Positions 46,184 to 57,408 of a DNA stretch of 64,000 bases are shown here, piece by piece. The DNA lies in the NCBI GenBank assembly GCA_030611415.1, contig JAUWPW010000001.1:18107-82106 (forward strand), read 5' to 3'. The notes beneath the pieces are model-generated. The model made no database searches, had not been told where the DNA came from, and saw only the letters and a list, made by a program, of their open reading frames with translations. The DNA is from Candidatus Bipolaricaulota bacterium (GTDB taxonomy: Bacteria; Bipolaricaulota; Bipolaricaulia; UBA7950; UBA9294). Position 1 is the stretch's first letter, and each line of letters begins with the position of its first letter. The translations under genes and the position numbers were made by a program.

Positions 46184-46249
46184 TGAGTAATGGGTGATGC
46201 GTAAGATAGAAGCAGCCCAAAGTCCAACGTCCAAGGTCAGAGGTCAGAG
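46180..46249 (+). repeat. Dispersed repeat family 'A', copy 2
   Basis: GTGATGAGTAATGGGTGATGCGTAAGATAGAAGCAGCCCAAAGTCCAACGTCCAAGGTCAGAGGTCAGAG. The stop codon of the preceding gene (TGA 46181-46183) lies inside the first GTGATG box. Confidence 0.8.
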
Positions 46250-46310
46250 AAAAGAGGAGCCTGGATTAGTCACCCATAACGATTAGGGGCCTATGATATA
46301 ATGTGGAGAT

Positions 46311-48416
46311 ATGACAAAGAAAGCCCCGAGAAAACGATTAACTAAAGTAAACAGACTTAGCCAACCCTCTTGTGAGAGAATTCTGGTTTTCCTGATCGCC
46401 CTGTTCGTCTTCTCGATGCCGCTCTTCATCTGGCCCGGAGCCATCACCGAATACGGTTACGGCAAGTCAATCTTTGCCCTCATTGGAATTGGTCTACTGA
46501 TAGTTCTTTGGGCAGGTTGGTCGCTTCTCAGAAACAAATGGGAAATCCACTTCCCTTGGGTAAGCTTTCCTGTAATAGGACTTGTAATCGTTTCCCTGGC
46601 TTCTCTATTCCACGCCACCAACGGTCGCGTGGTGATCCAGAGCTTAATACTAGTTATCTTCTTCTTCCTTTTCTACCTGGTGATAGCAAATCTGGTAAGA
46701 GAAAAAAGGGATGTCACCCTGATCCTCTACTCCCTGCTCCTGTCTGCCTTCTTCGCCTCTCTCTACGGTCTATTGCAGTACCTGGGAGTGATGCGCGGCA
46801 CCTACGGTGGCCATGGCCTGGGAGAGGTCATCTCAACCATGGGTAACCGTAATTACCTTGGCGGGTTCTTAGCCTATCTTCTTTTCCCATCAGTGATTCT
46901 GATCGTGCGTCTTCACTCACGCGTCCTCCGTGCTCTAGCGATAGTCCTTTTATCCTTTAATTTCGGGATGGTAATGCTCATTCAGCAAACAGGAACAGTA
47001 GTAGGGCTAATTGTCGGCCTTGTTACATTCATCATTGGAATGATTATTCTCCGACCGATCGAACCGCTCAAACGAAATCGTGCCTGGATCATCGCCCTAT
47101 TGTTATTCTTGGCCCTTACCTTTCTGATTGAAGCTCCGTCCGGCCCACTCAACTCAGTTGTTGGGCTATCAAGCGACGGAAGTTCATGGATCGGCAAGCT
47201 CTGGTCGCAGAACTCGGGCAAGATTCGAGCCTGGGACTGGTGGATCGGCTGGGAAATGTTCAAGGATCATCCTCTTGTTGGTGTAGGTTTGGGAAACTAC
47301 AAGTTAAATTTCATTCCGTACAAAGCGCAGTTCCTCTCTACCCCGCGCGGAGAGGCCTATAACTTTTACATTGAACGAGCAGCACAGGCCCACAACGAGT
47401 ATGTGCAAGCCATAGCCGAGCTAGGCACATTTGGGATAATCACACTGTTAGCGCTGCTAGTTGTTATCCCGCTCTTCCTATGGATCAGACTACAAGGGAA
47501 TCCAGACGAGTCAGATCGTCTAGATATGCTACTTCTTGCCTGTGGGATCGTCGTTTTTCTGGTACATGCCCTGGTTAGTTTCCCCGCCCATCTTCCCGCC
47601 TCCTCCCTTGTCTTTGTAGTTGCTTTGGGCCTTGTTTCTTCGTCTGCCTATGGCGCAAGAGCACGGGTAGCTGTCTGTGTTAAACGGTGGCCGCTAAGGG
47701 CGCTTGTTGGGGTTATTACCGCATTTTGTCTGGTGACAAGCGTAATTGCCATCCGCGATGTTTCTGCCAACATACTCTTTGGAAGAGGAAAAGGACAGCT
47801 CGAGCAAGGCTACGTCTATACGAGCAAGGAAACCCTCCTTAGGAGTGCCGCGCTGGACTTTTGTCCACGCCAGGTATATTACTATCTAGCCATCGTGAAC
47901 CTTAAGCAAGGCCATGACGAGGAAGCAATGGTCAATCTGAAAAAATGCCTCACCCGCTTCGTCATGGAAAATACCTACCTAAACCTGGCAAACCTGGCCA
48001 TCAACCTCAATGATGTGGAAACAGCGCGAGAATACGTAGAGCTGTTAGTGGCCAGTCATCCCAAACCCAGCGCCACACTTCAAGCACGCTATCTTCAAGG
48101 ACTCATTGCTATCCGCGACGGGCAATACGACCTTGCGACTAGCATACTGGAGGATCTTACCCTAGCACACCCCAATTTTGAGCCTCCCTACATTGCACTT
48201 GGTGGCCTGTATCGGGGTCAAGGAATGTCAGTACGCGCGTACGACAGCTACGAAAAAGCCCTCAAACTGGTCGAAGCGAAACTTACCTCTGCCGAGGGTA
48301 GGCTTGCTCGAGCCACCAGCTATTCAGAAGAGTATGAGCTACGCAGTGAAATCGATCTTCTTGCTCAAGAGAAAGAGGCGATTCAAGCAGGGCTTGTCGA
48401 ACTATCCCCTCTCTAA
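46311..48416 (+). CDS. O-antigen ligase (Wzy_C)-like polytopic membrane protein fused to C-terminal TPR repeats
   Basis: About 12 TM helices (residues 1-430) with a periplasmic loop typical of the RfaL/PglL family, then ~250 aa of TPR-like repeats (NLANLAINLNDVETAREYVELL...YEKALKL). Confidence 0.6.
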   Translation: MTKKAPRKRLTKVNRLSQPSCERILVFLIALFVFSMPLFIWPGAITEYGYGKSIFALIGIGLLIVLWAGWSLLRNKWEIHFPWVSFPVIGLVIVSLASLFHATNGRVVIQSLILVIFFFLFYLVIANLVREKRDVTLILYSLLLSAFFASLYGLLQYLGVMRGTYGGHGLGEVISTMGNRNYLGGFLAYLLFPSVILIVRLHSRVLRALAIVLLSFNFGMVMLIQQTGTVVGLIVGLVTFIIGMIILRPIEPLKRNRAWIIALLLFLALTFLIEAPSGPLNSVVGLSSDGSSWIGKLWSQNSGKIRAWDWWIGWEMFKDHPLVGVGLGNYKLNFIPYKAQFLSTPRGEAYNFYIERAAQAHNEYVQAIAELGTFGIITLLALLVVIPLFLWIRLQGNPDESDRLDMLLLACGIVVFLVHALVSFPAHLPASSLVFVVALGLVSSSAYGARARVAVCVKRWPLRALVGVITAFCLVTSVIAIRDVSANILFGRGKGQLEQGYVYTSKETLLRSAALDFCPRQVYYYLAIVNLKQGHDEEAMVNLKKCLTRFVMENTYLNLANLAINLNDVETAREYVELLVASHPKPSATLQARYLQGLIAIRDGQYDLATSILEDLTLAHPNFEPPYIALGGLYRGQGMSVRAYDSYEKALKLVEAKLTSAEGRLARATSYSEEYELRSEIDLLAQEKEAIQAGLVELSPL

Positions 48417-48468
48417 TTCAGGTTGAAAGCATGTTTCTCTCTTCCTATACTAAACCCGTGATACTCTA

Positions 48469-51048
48469 ATGGCAATAGACACGATCAAGCGAAGCATAGA
48501 CTATCTGTTTGGACACACAAATGCCCAACGGTTGAAGCGCATGAGCCATGACCTTGATGCGATAAATAGACTATCAGCCGAAGTAAAAGGGCTTACTGAT
48601 ACAGAATTGGCAGGAAAAAGCGCCGAGTTCCGTCAGCGTCTTGCACAAGGAGAATCACAAGAGCAGATTAGAATCGAGCTATTCGCTGTTGTGCGTGAGG
48701 TTGCCGAGCGCAGAGTAGGAATGAGACCATTTGACGTGCAAATCTTGGGGTCACTTGCGTTAGACAACCATGAGATTATAGAGATGCAAACAGGTGAGGG
48801 GAAAACCCTTGTTGCTACGCTTCCAGCTTGCCTGAATGCTCTCCTGGGAAATGTACACGTAATCACAGTAAACGACTATCTCGCCCGCCGTGACCGAGAG
48901 TGGATGGGACCAATCTATGAGTTTCTCGGATTCTCGGTTGGGCTTCTTCAGCAAGAGATGAAGACTGAGGAGCGGAAGGCCGCCTATGCGGCCAGTATAA
49001 TCTATGGAACGAACAACCAGTTTGGATTCGACTATTTACGTGACAACATGGTATTATCTGTTGAACAGAAAGTGCAAGGACCCCTCAATTACGCAATCAT
49101 AGACGAAATAGACAACACTCTAATCGACGAAGCACGTACACCGCTTATCATTTCCGGCTCCACAGCCCAATCCACAAACCGTTACAACAAGTTCGCTGGG
49201 CTTGCGCACAGGTTCAAGCAAGATAAAGATTTTGAAATTGATGAGGAAACAAAACGACTCACTATAACTGACGAGGGAATACGCAAAGTGGAACTCTCTC
49301 TATCGATTGACAACCTATATGCACCAAGTAATACGGACATCCTTCATCATCTTGAGACTGCTCTACGAGCATTGCACATGTTCAAGAAGGAACAAGACTA
49401 TATTGTTAAGGATGGCCGAGTAATCATCGTCGATGAATTCACTGGTCGATTGATGCCCGATCGCCGCTATTCCGATGGCTTACACCAAGCACTAGAGGCA
49501 AAAGAAGGGATGATGGTCCAGCGTGAGTCACAGACCCTCGCCCAAATTACTGTCCAGCACTACTTTCAGCTATATAAGGGAATCTGCGGAATGACCGGAA
49601 CTGCAAAGACAGAGGAGGAGGAATTTAGGCAGATCTATGGCCTTCCCGTAATTGTTATCCCCACCAATAAACCACTCATTCGTGAGGCCAAGCCAGACGT
49701 GATCTTTCGCAATGAGCAAGGCAAATTCAGCTCAATCGTTGATAATGTAGACCGATTACACCAGGTGGGCCGACCTGTATTGATCGGAACCAACTCAATC
49801 GAAAAATCTGAACGCCTATCTTCTCTTCTCAAGGCACGCAACCTTCCACACCATGTACTTAACGCCAAACACCATGAAGAAGAAGCGCAGATCATCAAAG
49901 AAGCCGGACAACATGGGGCGATCACTGTAGCCACAAATATGGCTGGTCGTGGTACCGACATCAAGCTTGGCGACGGATTGGCAAAGCTTGGCGGATTACA
50001 TGTAATCGGCTGTCAGCGCCATGAGGCCCGCCGAATTGACAACCAACTCCTTGGCCGGGCTGGAAGACAGGGCGATCCCGGCTCCTCTCAGTTCTTCCTC
50101 TCATTGGATGATGATCTTATCCGTGTCTTTGGTGGAGATAGGATAGGTAGCTTAATGGACCGACTAGGGATGGAAGAAGGACAAGCCATCGAACACGAAA
50201 TCTTATCGAAGGCAATCCGTCGAGCACAGAAACGGGTCGAGGGAAGAAACTTCGAAATCAGAAAGCGTTTATTGGAATACGACCTCGTCCTAGCAAAACA
50301 ACGAGAGGCAATCTACTCATTGCGTGACCGCTTCCTTCTTCCTCCTCATGATGAAGTAGATTCCCTTTCACAGGATGATCTAAATGAGTACCTGAAACAA
50401 TTGATCGAGGAGTACACGGAAAACCTTGTCTCTAAGTATGCCCAAGCGTCAACCCCCAAGGACGAGTGGAGTCTATCCGGTCTTGCGCATGAACTCTCCG
50501 CATACCTTCGCTTTTCGCCCGAAACCCTCAAAGAAAAAGGAATCGGTGGGCTTGAGCAGACAGTCCAAGAGCATCTCATGTGCGCCGCCTCTCAGCAACA
50601 GAAACGATTAGGCGAGCGTTTCTGTCTGGTTGCGCGCTACTTGATCCTCAGTATCATTGATGAGGCATGGCTATCTCACCTATACACGCTTGATGATCTT
50701 AAAGAAGGTATTGGGTGGACTGCTTATGGAGGAAGCGATCCGCTTGTCGCATTCAAGCGTGAATCGTTCAGCTTATTCCAAGAGATGCTCGTCTGCACAG
50801 CGGACAAGGTTGTTCGTTCTTTGCTCTCTCCGCGGCTTTCTATAGCAAAGGAAATGTCAACCCCTACCATGTCGCAGGATCTGCATTATGTCCATGCAGG
50901 TCAAGGTTCAACAAGTAACAGCCCCGCAACCACAACCAAGAAACCGAAACAAATACCAATCATGAAGAAGAAAAGACCGGGTCGCAACGACCCTTGCCCT
51001 TGTGGTTCCGGAAAGAAGTACAAGAACTGCTGCGGGAGGAATGCTTAA
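48469..51048 (+). CDS. secA: Preprotein translocase ATPase SecA
   Basis: DEAD-motor motifs (MQTGEGKTLVATLP, DEID), a preprotein cross-linking domain, and a C-terminal zinc finger CPCGSGKKYKNCCG, 859 aa. Confidence 0.95.
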   Translation: MAIDTIKRSIDYLFGHTNAQRLKRMSHDLDAINRLSAEVKGLTDTELAGKSAEFRQRLAQGESQEQIRIELFAVVREVAERRVGMRPFDVQILGSLALDNHEIIEMQTGEGKTLVATLPACLNALLGNVHVITVNDYLARRDREWMGPIYEFLGFSVGLLQQEMKTEERKAAYAASIIYGTNNQFGFDYLRDNMVLSVEQKVQGPLNYAIIDEIDNTLIDEARTPLIISGSTAQSTNRYNKFAGLAHRFKQDKDFEIDEETKRLTITDEGIRKVELSLSIDNLYAPSNTDILHHLETALRALHMFKKEQDYIVKDGRVIIVDEFTGRLMPDRRYSDGLHQALEAKEGMMVQRESQTLAQITVQHYFQLYKGICGMTGTAKTEEEEFRQIYGLPVIVIPTNKPLIREAKPDVIFRNEQGKFSSIVDNVDRLHQVGRPVLIGTNSIEKSERLSSLLKARNLPHHVLNAKHHEEEAQIIKEAGQHGAITVATNMAGRGTDIKLGDGLAKLGGLHVIGCQRHEARRIDNQLLGRAGRQGDPGSSQFFLSLDDDLIRVFGGDRIGSLMDRLGMEEGQAIEHEILSKAIRRAQKRVEGRNFEIRKRLLEYDLVLAKQREAIYSLRDRFLLPPHDEVDSLSQDDLNEYLKQLIEEYTENLVSKYAQASTPKDEWSLSGLAHELSAYLRFSPETLKEKGIGGLEQTVQEHLMCAASQQQKRLGERFCLVARYLILSIIDEAWLSHLYTLDDLKEGIGWTAYGGSDPLVAFKRESFSLFQEMLVCTADKVVRSLLSPRLSIAKEMSTPTMSQDLHYVHAGQGSTSNSPATTTKKPKQIPIMKKKRPGRNDPCPCGSGKKYKNCCGRNA

Positions 51049-51130
51049 CAGATGACACAATACCTCGTTGTTCACAAGTAACAATACTACCATTTGGTCG
51101 GTTGACAAGAGGCGCGCCAACAGCTATTAT

Positions 51131-51157
51131 TTAGCAAACTCCTATGGAGAGTGCTAA
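51131..51157 (+). promoter_or_regulatory. CIRCE operator (HrcA binding site)
   Basis: TTAGCAAAC-N9-GAGTGCTAA against the consensus TTAGCACTC-N9-GAGTGCTAA. The right arm is perfect and the left arm is 7/9. It lies 8 nt upstream of the hrcA ATG. Confidence 0.75.
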
Positions 51158-51165
51158 TTATACAA

Positions 51166-52227
51166 ATGGATCTCCCGGATAGACAGAAACTAGTTCTAAA
51201 AGAGGTTGTGGATCGTTACATTCGCCAACACGAGCCAGTTTCCTCAAGAATGATCTTGGAGGATTACAGGCCACTGGTCAGCTCCGCCACAATACGGAAT
51301 GACATGAATGACTTAGAGGCTTCCGATTATATCAAGAAACCATACTCATCTGCCGGAAGAATCCCAACAAAAAAAGGGTACCGTTTCTTTGTCGACTGGC
51401 TGCTCGACCTTTCTGAACTGACAAAGAAAGAACGCCTGGAAATAGTGGAGGCCTATGAGGTACGCTGCTTAGAAGTGCTCGAGGCAATGCACAAGACGGC
51501 TTTTCTGTTAGGAAACATTACCGGATGCGTTGGGTTTGTTATACCGCCACAATGGGCAGAAACTCGCCTTGACCGCATAATTCTGGCACGAATAGCTCCT
51601 CGCTTAATCCTATTTGTAATCATATCCAATATTGGAGTAATCAAGCATGGAATGATCCCTGTCGAGAAAGATCTTTCCCGTGAACAGATAGAACGAATAA
51701 TGACAATCATCAACAGTAATCTACGTGGGATGACCTTGGAAGAGATAGGAAAACTAACACTAGACAAAGAAGGAGATGGATGGTACGAGCAACTAACGCG
51801 TGACGCCCTCTTCGTGTTGCGGCGCCTCATTAAGCAACAGGTACGCCGAGAGCTCTGCCTGGAAGGGATCTTGAACATTACTGACGATCTACAAGAAGTA
51901 GCCCCCGATCAGGCAATGGAACAGTTTGTTCAGCTGATTCATGCGTTACATGATGAAGAAGCATTCGCCAAGACGATCACCCAGAGACGCGCCAACAAAA
52001 GCGGAGTTGTTATCTCTGTTGGAGATTGTTCGCTGCCTGGGATCTCTGAATACAGCACGGTAACTGCTAATTATGGTCCACACTCTGGAGTACTTGGCGT
52101 GATTGGTCCTCTATGGATGGACTATGGAAAAGCTCTCTCCGTGACAAGTTACATTGCAAACCGATTGGAGGCGCTACTAGTAGCTTCTTGCGCGCAGGTC
52201 CAAGGAGGAAATAAGGATGACGAATAG
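51166..52227 (+). CDS. hrcA: Heat-inducible transcription repressor HrcA
   Basis: MDLPDRQKLVLKEVVDRYIRQHEPVSSRMI...SSATIRNDMNDLE is the HrcA winged-helix N-terminus. The ORF-track GTG at 51151 lies inside CIRCE and was not used. Confidence 0.85.
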   Translation: MDLPDRQKLVLKEVVDRYIRQHEPVSSRMILEDYRPLVSSATIRNDMNDLEASDYIKKPYSSAGRIPTKKGYRFFVDWLLDLSELTKKERLEIVEAYEVRCLEVLEAMHKTAFLLGNITGCVGFVIPPQWAETRLDRIILARIAPRLILFVIISNIGVIKHGMIPVEKDLSREQIERIMTIINSNLRGMTLEEIGKLTLDKEGDGWYEQLTRDALFVLRRLIKQQVRRELCLEGILNITDDLQEVAPDQAMEQFVQLIHALHDEEAFAKTITQRRANKSGVVISVGDCSLPGISEYSTVTANYGPHSGVLGVIGPLWMDYGKALSVTSYIANRLEALLVASCAQVQGGNKDDE

Positions 52228-52780
52228 AAAGAAACACCCAGAAGGCGTTGATAAGAAAGGGAAGGCTAACAGTTCAGAGAAAACAGAGACTTCCACACCA
52301 CAAGAGCAACTATTAGCCAACAAAGACGAAGAAATCCTTTCCTATATTGAACGCCTAAAACGACTGCAGGCAGAGTTTGAGAACTACAAGAAGCGCATAC
52401 AACGTGATATCGCAACTATCAGCGAACAAGTCTCAGATCAGTTAATAGCTGACTTCCTTCCGATTTTTGACAATTTGCGGCGAGCCTTCGATAGCCTTGA
52501 CGAGAACAACGCTACGCAATCATTTATCGACGGAATAAGAGGAATATTTAGCCAATTTGACCAGCTTTTGAAGCAAAAAGGCGTTGCTCCAATCATGGCA
52601 GTCGGAAAGGCCTTTGACCCAGCAAGGCATGAAGCCTTGCTAAGCACAGAAAGCAAGGAAGAAAAAAACACTATCATTGAGGAATTTGAGCGTGGATACT
52701 TCCGTAGCGACAGGGTTCTACGCCCAAGCAAGGTAAAGGTAAGTAAAGGAATGATCTCACCAGAGGAGGAAAAATCATGA
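52217..52780 (+). CDS. grpE: Nucleotide exchange factor GrpE
   Basis: Coiled-coil N-terminus and a GrpE C-terminal beta domain. It overlaps the hrcA end and the dnaK start (ATGA). Confidence 0.85.
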   Translation: MTNRKKHPEGVDKKGKANSSEKTETSTPQEQLLANKDEEILSYIERLKRLQAEFENYKKRIQRDIATISEQVSDQLIADFLPIFDNLRRAFDSLDENNATQSFIDGIRGIFSQFDQLLKQKGVAPIMAVGKAFDPARHEALLSTESKEEKNTIIEEFERGYFRSDRVLRPSKVKVSKGMISPEEEKS

Positions 52781-54627
52781 GGGAGAAGATTATTGGAATC
52801 GATTTAGGAACAACCAACTCGTGTGTTGCTGTACTGGAAGGCGGCGCACCAGAGGTAATTACCAACACCGAGGGTGAAAGAACAACTCCATCAGTTATTG
52901 CCTTCACCGATAGCAATGAACGCCTGGTAGGTCGATTGGCTAAGCGGCAAGCAATTACCAACCCAAAACGCACGATTGCGTCAATAAAACGGCAGATGGG
53001 CACTGACCACTCAGTAAAGATTGAACGGGATGGTAAAGTTGAACAATATACACCGGAACAGTTGTCAGCAATGATCCTGCAAAAACTAAAGAAGGACGCT
53101 GAGAATCACCTGGGTGGAAAGATCAAAAAGGCAGTAATCACAGTTCCTGCCTACTTCAATGACTCTCAACGACAGGCAACCAAAGATGCGGGCAAGATCG
53201 CAGGATTGGAAGTAATGCGGATTATCAACGAGCCAACGGCGGCTTCCCTTGCCTACGGCCTGGACAAAAGCAAGGAACAAACGATCCTTGTTTACGACCT
53301 GGGTGGAGGAACATTCGATGTTTCTATTCTGGAGATTGGAGATGGAGTATTTGAAGTCATCGCTACTGATGGAGACACACACCTTGGCGGAGACGATTTT
53401 GATCAACGAATCATCGATTGGCTAGTGGATGAATTTCGTAAGGATAGCGGAATCGACCTTCGTAAGGATGCAAGCGCAATGCAACGACTAAAGGATGCCG
53501 CGGAAGCAGCAAAAATGGAGCTATCCAGCCGCAAGGAAACAACCATCCACCTTCCATATATTACTGCTGATGCTAGTGGCCCTAAGCACTTGGAAAAGAA
53601 ACTCACACGAGCTAGATTTGAACACATGATTGATGACATGTTGCAAAGAACTAGCAGCACGGTTGAAGCCACAATGCGTGAAGCAAAGAAATCCGCCAAG
53701 GACATAGACCAAGTGGTTCTCGTTGGAGGCTCAACTCGAATCCCTAAAGTACAGGAAATGATTGCCTCCCATATTCCCGGAAAGATTAACCAAGAAATCA
53801 ACCCCGATGAGGTCGTCGCCCAAGGAGCAGCTATTCAAGGAGGTATCCTTGCAGGCGAAGTCGATGAAATCGTTCTCTTGGATGTTACTCCATTGACGCT
53901 GTCCATCGAAACACTTGGCGGCGTAGGAACACCGTTGATTGAACGTAACACTACTATTCCAACAGAGAAGTCGAAAACCTTCACCACGGCTGGGGATAAC
54001 CAGCCAAGTGTAGAGATCCACGTTCTACAGGGAGAACGCAAGATGGCGGCGGACAATAAATCCCTTGGCAAGTTCCAATTGGTTGGTCTCCCCCCTGCTC
54101 CACGTGGGATTCCACAAATTGACGTAACTTTTAACATCGATACGGACGGAATATTGCACGTAACTGCCAAAGACAAAGCAACGGGAAAAAGTTCTTCGAT
54201 TACCATCAAGGAATCATCACATCTCGATGAAAGTGAAATCGAGCGGATGCGTCGCGAGGCGGAAACACATGCAGAGGAAGATAGCAAGAAAGCCAAGGAC
54301 GTAGAAGCTCGCAATCAGGCCGACCAGCTCGTTTATTCGGTGGAAAAATCCCTTTCCGAACTAGGAGAAAAGGTTTCCCAGGAGGAGCGCGGCAAGATTG
54401 AGGATCAACTTCGTTCCGTGAAGGACAAGCTTTCTCAAGACGCAAGCGCAGATGAACTCCGTCAGGCAATGGAGGAACTCTCCAAGCACGCTCAACGCCT
54501 GGCCGAACAAGCCTACAAACAGACGGCCACTGAAGGCTCTGAACCTTCTTCTGATCAGGAACAGAAGACAGACAAAGAAGAAAACGATGGAGACTACGTA
54601 GACGCAGAGTATGAAGAAGACAACTAA
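52777..54627 (+). CDS. dnaK: Molecular chaperone DnaK (Hsp70)
   Basis: [26 protein letters not shown] and a C-terminal EEDN-like acidic tail, 616 aa. Confidence 0.97.
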   Translation: MREKIIGIDLGTTNSCVAVLEGGAPEVITNTEGERTTPSVIAFTDSNERLVGRLAKRQAITNPKRTIASIKRQMGTDHSVKIERDGKVEQYTPEQLSAMILQKLKKDAENHLGGKIKKAVITVPAYFNDSQRQATKDAGKIAGLEVMRIINEPTAASLAYGLDKSKEQTILVYDLGGGTFDVSILEIGDGVFEVIATDGDTHLGGDDFDQRIIDWLVDEFRKDSGIDLRKDASAMQRLKDAAEAAKMELSSRKETTIHLPYITADASGPKHLEKKLTRARFEHMIDDMLQRTSSTVEATMREAKKSAKDIDQVVLVGGSTRIPKVQEMIASHIPGKINQEINPDEVVAQGAAIQGGILAGEVDEIVLLDVTPLTLSIETLGGVGTPLIERNTTIPTEKSKTFTTAGDNQPSVEIHVLQGERKMAADNKSLGKFQLVGLPPAPRGIPQIDVTFNIDTDGILHVTAKDKATGKSSSITIKESSHLDESEIERMRREAETHAEEDSKKAKDVEARNQADQLVYSVEKSLSELGEKVSQEERGKIEDQLRSVKDKLSQDASADELRQAMEELSKHAQRLAEQAYKQTATEGSEPSSDQEQKTDKEENDGDYVDAEYEEDN

Positions 54628-54653
54628 TCTCGAAAAAGCAAGGGAGGCACGGT

Positions 54654-55757
54654 GTGGCCAATCGCGATTACTACAAGATATTAGGGGTAGACCGTGATGC
54701 TAGCCAGGCAGAGATCAAGCGAGCGTATCGCACACAAGCAAAGGAACTCCACCCAGACAAGAATCCCACTACACGGAAGAAGGCCGAGGAACAGTTCAGA
54801 CGTGTAGCAGAAGCTTATGAGGTTCTCTCTGACCCGGAGAAACGCTCTCAATATGATCGCTATGGCCACGCTGGGCCAGATCAAGGGTTCAACTTCGATG
54901 TAAATGACTTTCGCCATGCGCGTGAGGCTTACGCTGATTTCGGATTTGGTGGATTCGACAACATCTTTGATCTCTTCTTCCGCCAAGGAGCCACCCACAC
55001 CGCGACCCGCAGGCAACAGACCCGCCAAGGCGAGGATATTCAGTACAAACTTCGCATCAGCTTAGAAGATGCTGCGTCTGGAACACGGATGAAAATCACT
55101 GTCCCTCGGCTGGTCTCTTGTAGCTACTGCAATGGAAGTGGAATAGAGCCGGGCACCTCTAGGCAGGTTTGTCCTACCTGTAGGGGGAAAGGACAAGTGG
55201 AATACAGACAACAAAGCCTGCTGGGAAGCTTTGTGACCCTCCGTAGTTGCCCTGAGTGCGGTGGAAGAGGAGAGATCATAAAACATCCGTGTCAGCACTG
55301 CAACGGAAAAGGACGGGTCAAGGAAAAGAGCAAGATCTCGATAAGTGTTCCAGTTGGAGTTGGCAACGGCTCCCGTCTCAGATTAAGAGGCCAAGGGAAT
55401 GTGGGCCCAGGTGGTGGTCAGGTGGGAGATTTGTACATCGTACTTGAGGTAATTCCACACTCTACGTTCGAGAGACGAGGATCGGACATTTACTCTAAGG
55501 CGAAAATCCATTATGCGCAAGCAGCGCTAGGGGCAAAGATAAAGATAAATACCTTGTGGGGAGAGGCAACGCTCACAATCCCGCAAGGAACTCAGCCTGG
55601 AACAACTCTGTGTTTACAAGGCAAAGGGATGCCCAGCCCACACAGAAAAGGGAAAGGAAATCACTACGTAATACTGCAAGTTGTCATTCCCACCCACCTA
55701 AACACACCACAACGTCGTGCACTCAGGGAATTCGAGAAAACCCTCACTCATGGTTGA
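54654..55757 (+). CDS. dnaJ: Molecular chaperone DnaJ
   Basis: J-domain DYYKILGV...HPDKN, a Gly/Phe-rich linker and four CxxCxGxG zinc-finger repeats. Confidence 0.95.
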   Translation: MANRDYYKILGVDRDASQAEIKRAYRTQAKELHPDKNPTTRKKAEEQFRRVAEAYEVLSDPEKRSQYDRYGHAGPDQGFNFDVNDFRHAREAYADFGFGGFDNIFDLFFRQGATHTATRRQQTRQGEDIQYKLRISLEDAASGTRMKITVPRLVSCSYCNGSGIEPGTSRQVCPTCRGKGQVEYRQQSLLGSFVTLRSCPECGGRGEIIKHPCQHCNGKGRVKEKSKISISVPVGVGNGSRLRLRGQGNVGPGGGQVGDLYIVLEVIPHSTFERRGSDIYSKAKIHYAQAALGAKIKINTLWGEATLTIPQGTQPGTTLCLQGKGMPSPHRKGKGNHYVILQVVIPTHLNTPQRRALREFEKTLTHG

Positions 55758-55760
55758 GGA

Positions 55761-56354
55761 TCAATCCTTCTGAGCAAGGTCCTGTAGGATCTTTTTCATC
55801 CCTTTAATGGCAATATAGCGATGACTGATTTGGTTTTTCTTCTCAAGGGAAAGCCCTGCAAGGGTACAGTTGAAATCAGTCGGGATGAACAGCGGGTCAT
55901 ACCCAAACCCTCTTCTTCCGGATGGACGGGTGGCAATCCTCCCCCATAATCTGCCTTCGCTGGTAAACTCTTTGCCCTCTGGAAGCCGAAGAGCAGCAAT
56001 GGCAACAAAGCATGCTCGGCGATCTTTAACTCCCTCCAATCTCTCAAGCAGCAAGATATTGTTCTTCTCATAATCCACAGGAATCCCAGAGAACCGCGCA
56101 GAGAAAATGCCAGGCGCTCCACCCAAAGCAGTTACCTCAAGACCCGCATCTTCAGCCAAGACAGGAAGCCCCGTTTCGGCACAGACTGCCCGTGCTTTGA
56201 TTAGTGCATTCTCCAGAAAGGTTCTTCCAGATTCCTCTACGCTACGAAATGGATGATCCAAACAGGTTACTAGCTCCACAGAGCGAAGATCGGCTAAAAG
56301 CTCCTGCAACTCCTTCATCTTACCTCGGTTCTTGGTTCCGAGGAGGATGATCAC
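55761..56354 (-). CDS. rdgB: Non-canonical purine NTP pyrophosphatase (RdgB/HAM1)
   Basis: [16 protein letters not shown]...FGYDPLFIP is the Ham1 family signature. Confidence 0.85.
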   Translation of the reverse strand: MIILLGTKNRGKMKELQELLADLRSVELVTCLDHPFRSVEESGRTFLENALIKARAVCAETGLPVLAEDAGLEVTALGGAPGIFSARFSGIPVDYEKNNILLLERLEGVKDRRACFVAIAALRLPEGKEFTSEGRLWGRIATRPSGRRGFGYDPLFIPTDFNCTLAGLSLEKKNQISHRYIAIKGMKKILQDLAQKD

Positions 56355-57391
56355 TGAAGCCTAACCGGCCTTAAGCTCAATTGATCAGCAAGGTGACAAA
56401 CACTGAAATGCCCACCGCCCAAGTCCCGCTGCACAGGAGCCTCCTTCTCGCAGATCTCCTTGGCATATTGGCACCGTGGGTGGAAATAACACCCCGAAGG
56501 GGGATTGACAGGGCTAGGAACATCTCCTTCAAGAAGGATACGCTCAACTTCATAATCCGGATCAGGAATAGGCACTGCAGACATCAGAGCCTCAGTATAC
56601 GGATGCTTCGGATGATTGAACAGCTCCTCAGTTACACACAATTCCACAATTCTTCCCAGGTACATCACTGCTACACGATCGCTAATGTGCTTAACTACTG
56701 ACAAATCATGAGCAATGAATAAGTACGTTAAGCCGAATTCCTGCTGCAGGTCCTCAAGCATATTCAATACCTGGGCTTGAATCGAGACATCAAGCGCAGA
56801 GACTGGCTCATCAGCTACGATTAGTTGTGGATCAAGTGCAAGTGCGCGAGCAACTCCAATTCGCTGACGCTGTCCGCCTGAGAATTCGTGAGGATACCGT
56901 TTCATATGATCAGGTTTTAGACCGACAGAGGCAAGAAGCTCGCGAACGCGACTCTCCCTTTCTTTCCCTCTTGCTATCCTATGCACAATCAATGGTTCAC
57001 CCACAATTGCGCCCACGGTCATACGTGGGTTCAGAGACGAATACGGATCCTGGAAAATGATCTGCATATCTCTCCGAAGCGCCTTAAGCTTCTTGCGGGG
57101 GGCAGAAGCAATGTCTATTTGTACATAATCCTTGCCCGGGCCGGCAAGGGCCTTGCTCCGAAACATTATCTGTCCACTGGTTGGCTCAATTAGGCGTAGA
57201 ATTGTTCGCCCGGTAGTAGTTTTTCCGGAGCCGCTTTCTCCAACCAGCCCTAGAGTCTCTCCTTCCTTGATGGCTAGATCAACGTTATCAACAGCTTTAA
57301 CCTGAGCTACCACACGTCTCAGGACTCCTTTACGCACAGGGAAATACTTTCTTAGCTCCTTTACCTCAAGCAGGAAGTTGTCAGAAGACAA
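56351..57391 (-). CDS. oppF: Oligopeptide/dipeptide ABC transporter ATP-binding protein (OppF-type)
   Basis: Walker [11 protein letters not shown] and signature LSGGQRQR. The Opp C-terminal extension carries a CxxC pair. Confidence 0.8.
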   Translation of the reverse strand: MSSDNFLLEVKELRKYFPVRKGVLRRVVAQVKAVDNVDLAIKEGETLGLVGESGSGKTTTGRTILRLIEPTSGQIMFRSKALAGPGKDYVQIDIASAPRKKLKALRRDMQIIFQDPYSSLNPRMTVGAIVGEPLIVHRIARGKERESRVRELLASVGLKPDHMKRYPHEFSGGQRQRIGVARALALDPQLIVADEPVSALDVSIQAQVLNMLEDLQQEFGLTYLFIAHDLSVVKHISDRVAVMYLGRIVELCVTEELFNHPKHPYTEALMSAVPIPDPDYEVERILLEGDVPSPVNPPSGCYFHPRCQYAKEICEKEAPVQRDLGGGHFSVCHLADQLSLRPVRLQ

Positions 57392-57408
57392 GCTTTATCA
57401 CCTCTCTA

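Noticed and set aside
46291-46310. Extended -10 (TGaTATAAT) promoter immediately upstream of the O-antigen-ligase-like gene, implying a leaderless mRNA
   Set aside because: The hexamer is real, but it leaves only about 8 nt to the ATG, and a GGAG lies 2 nt from the start. The geometry is inconsistent and I cannot resolve it without TSS data, so it is not reported as a feature.
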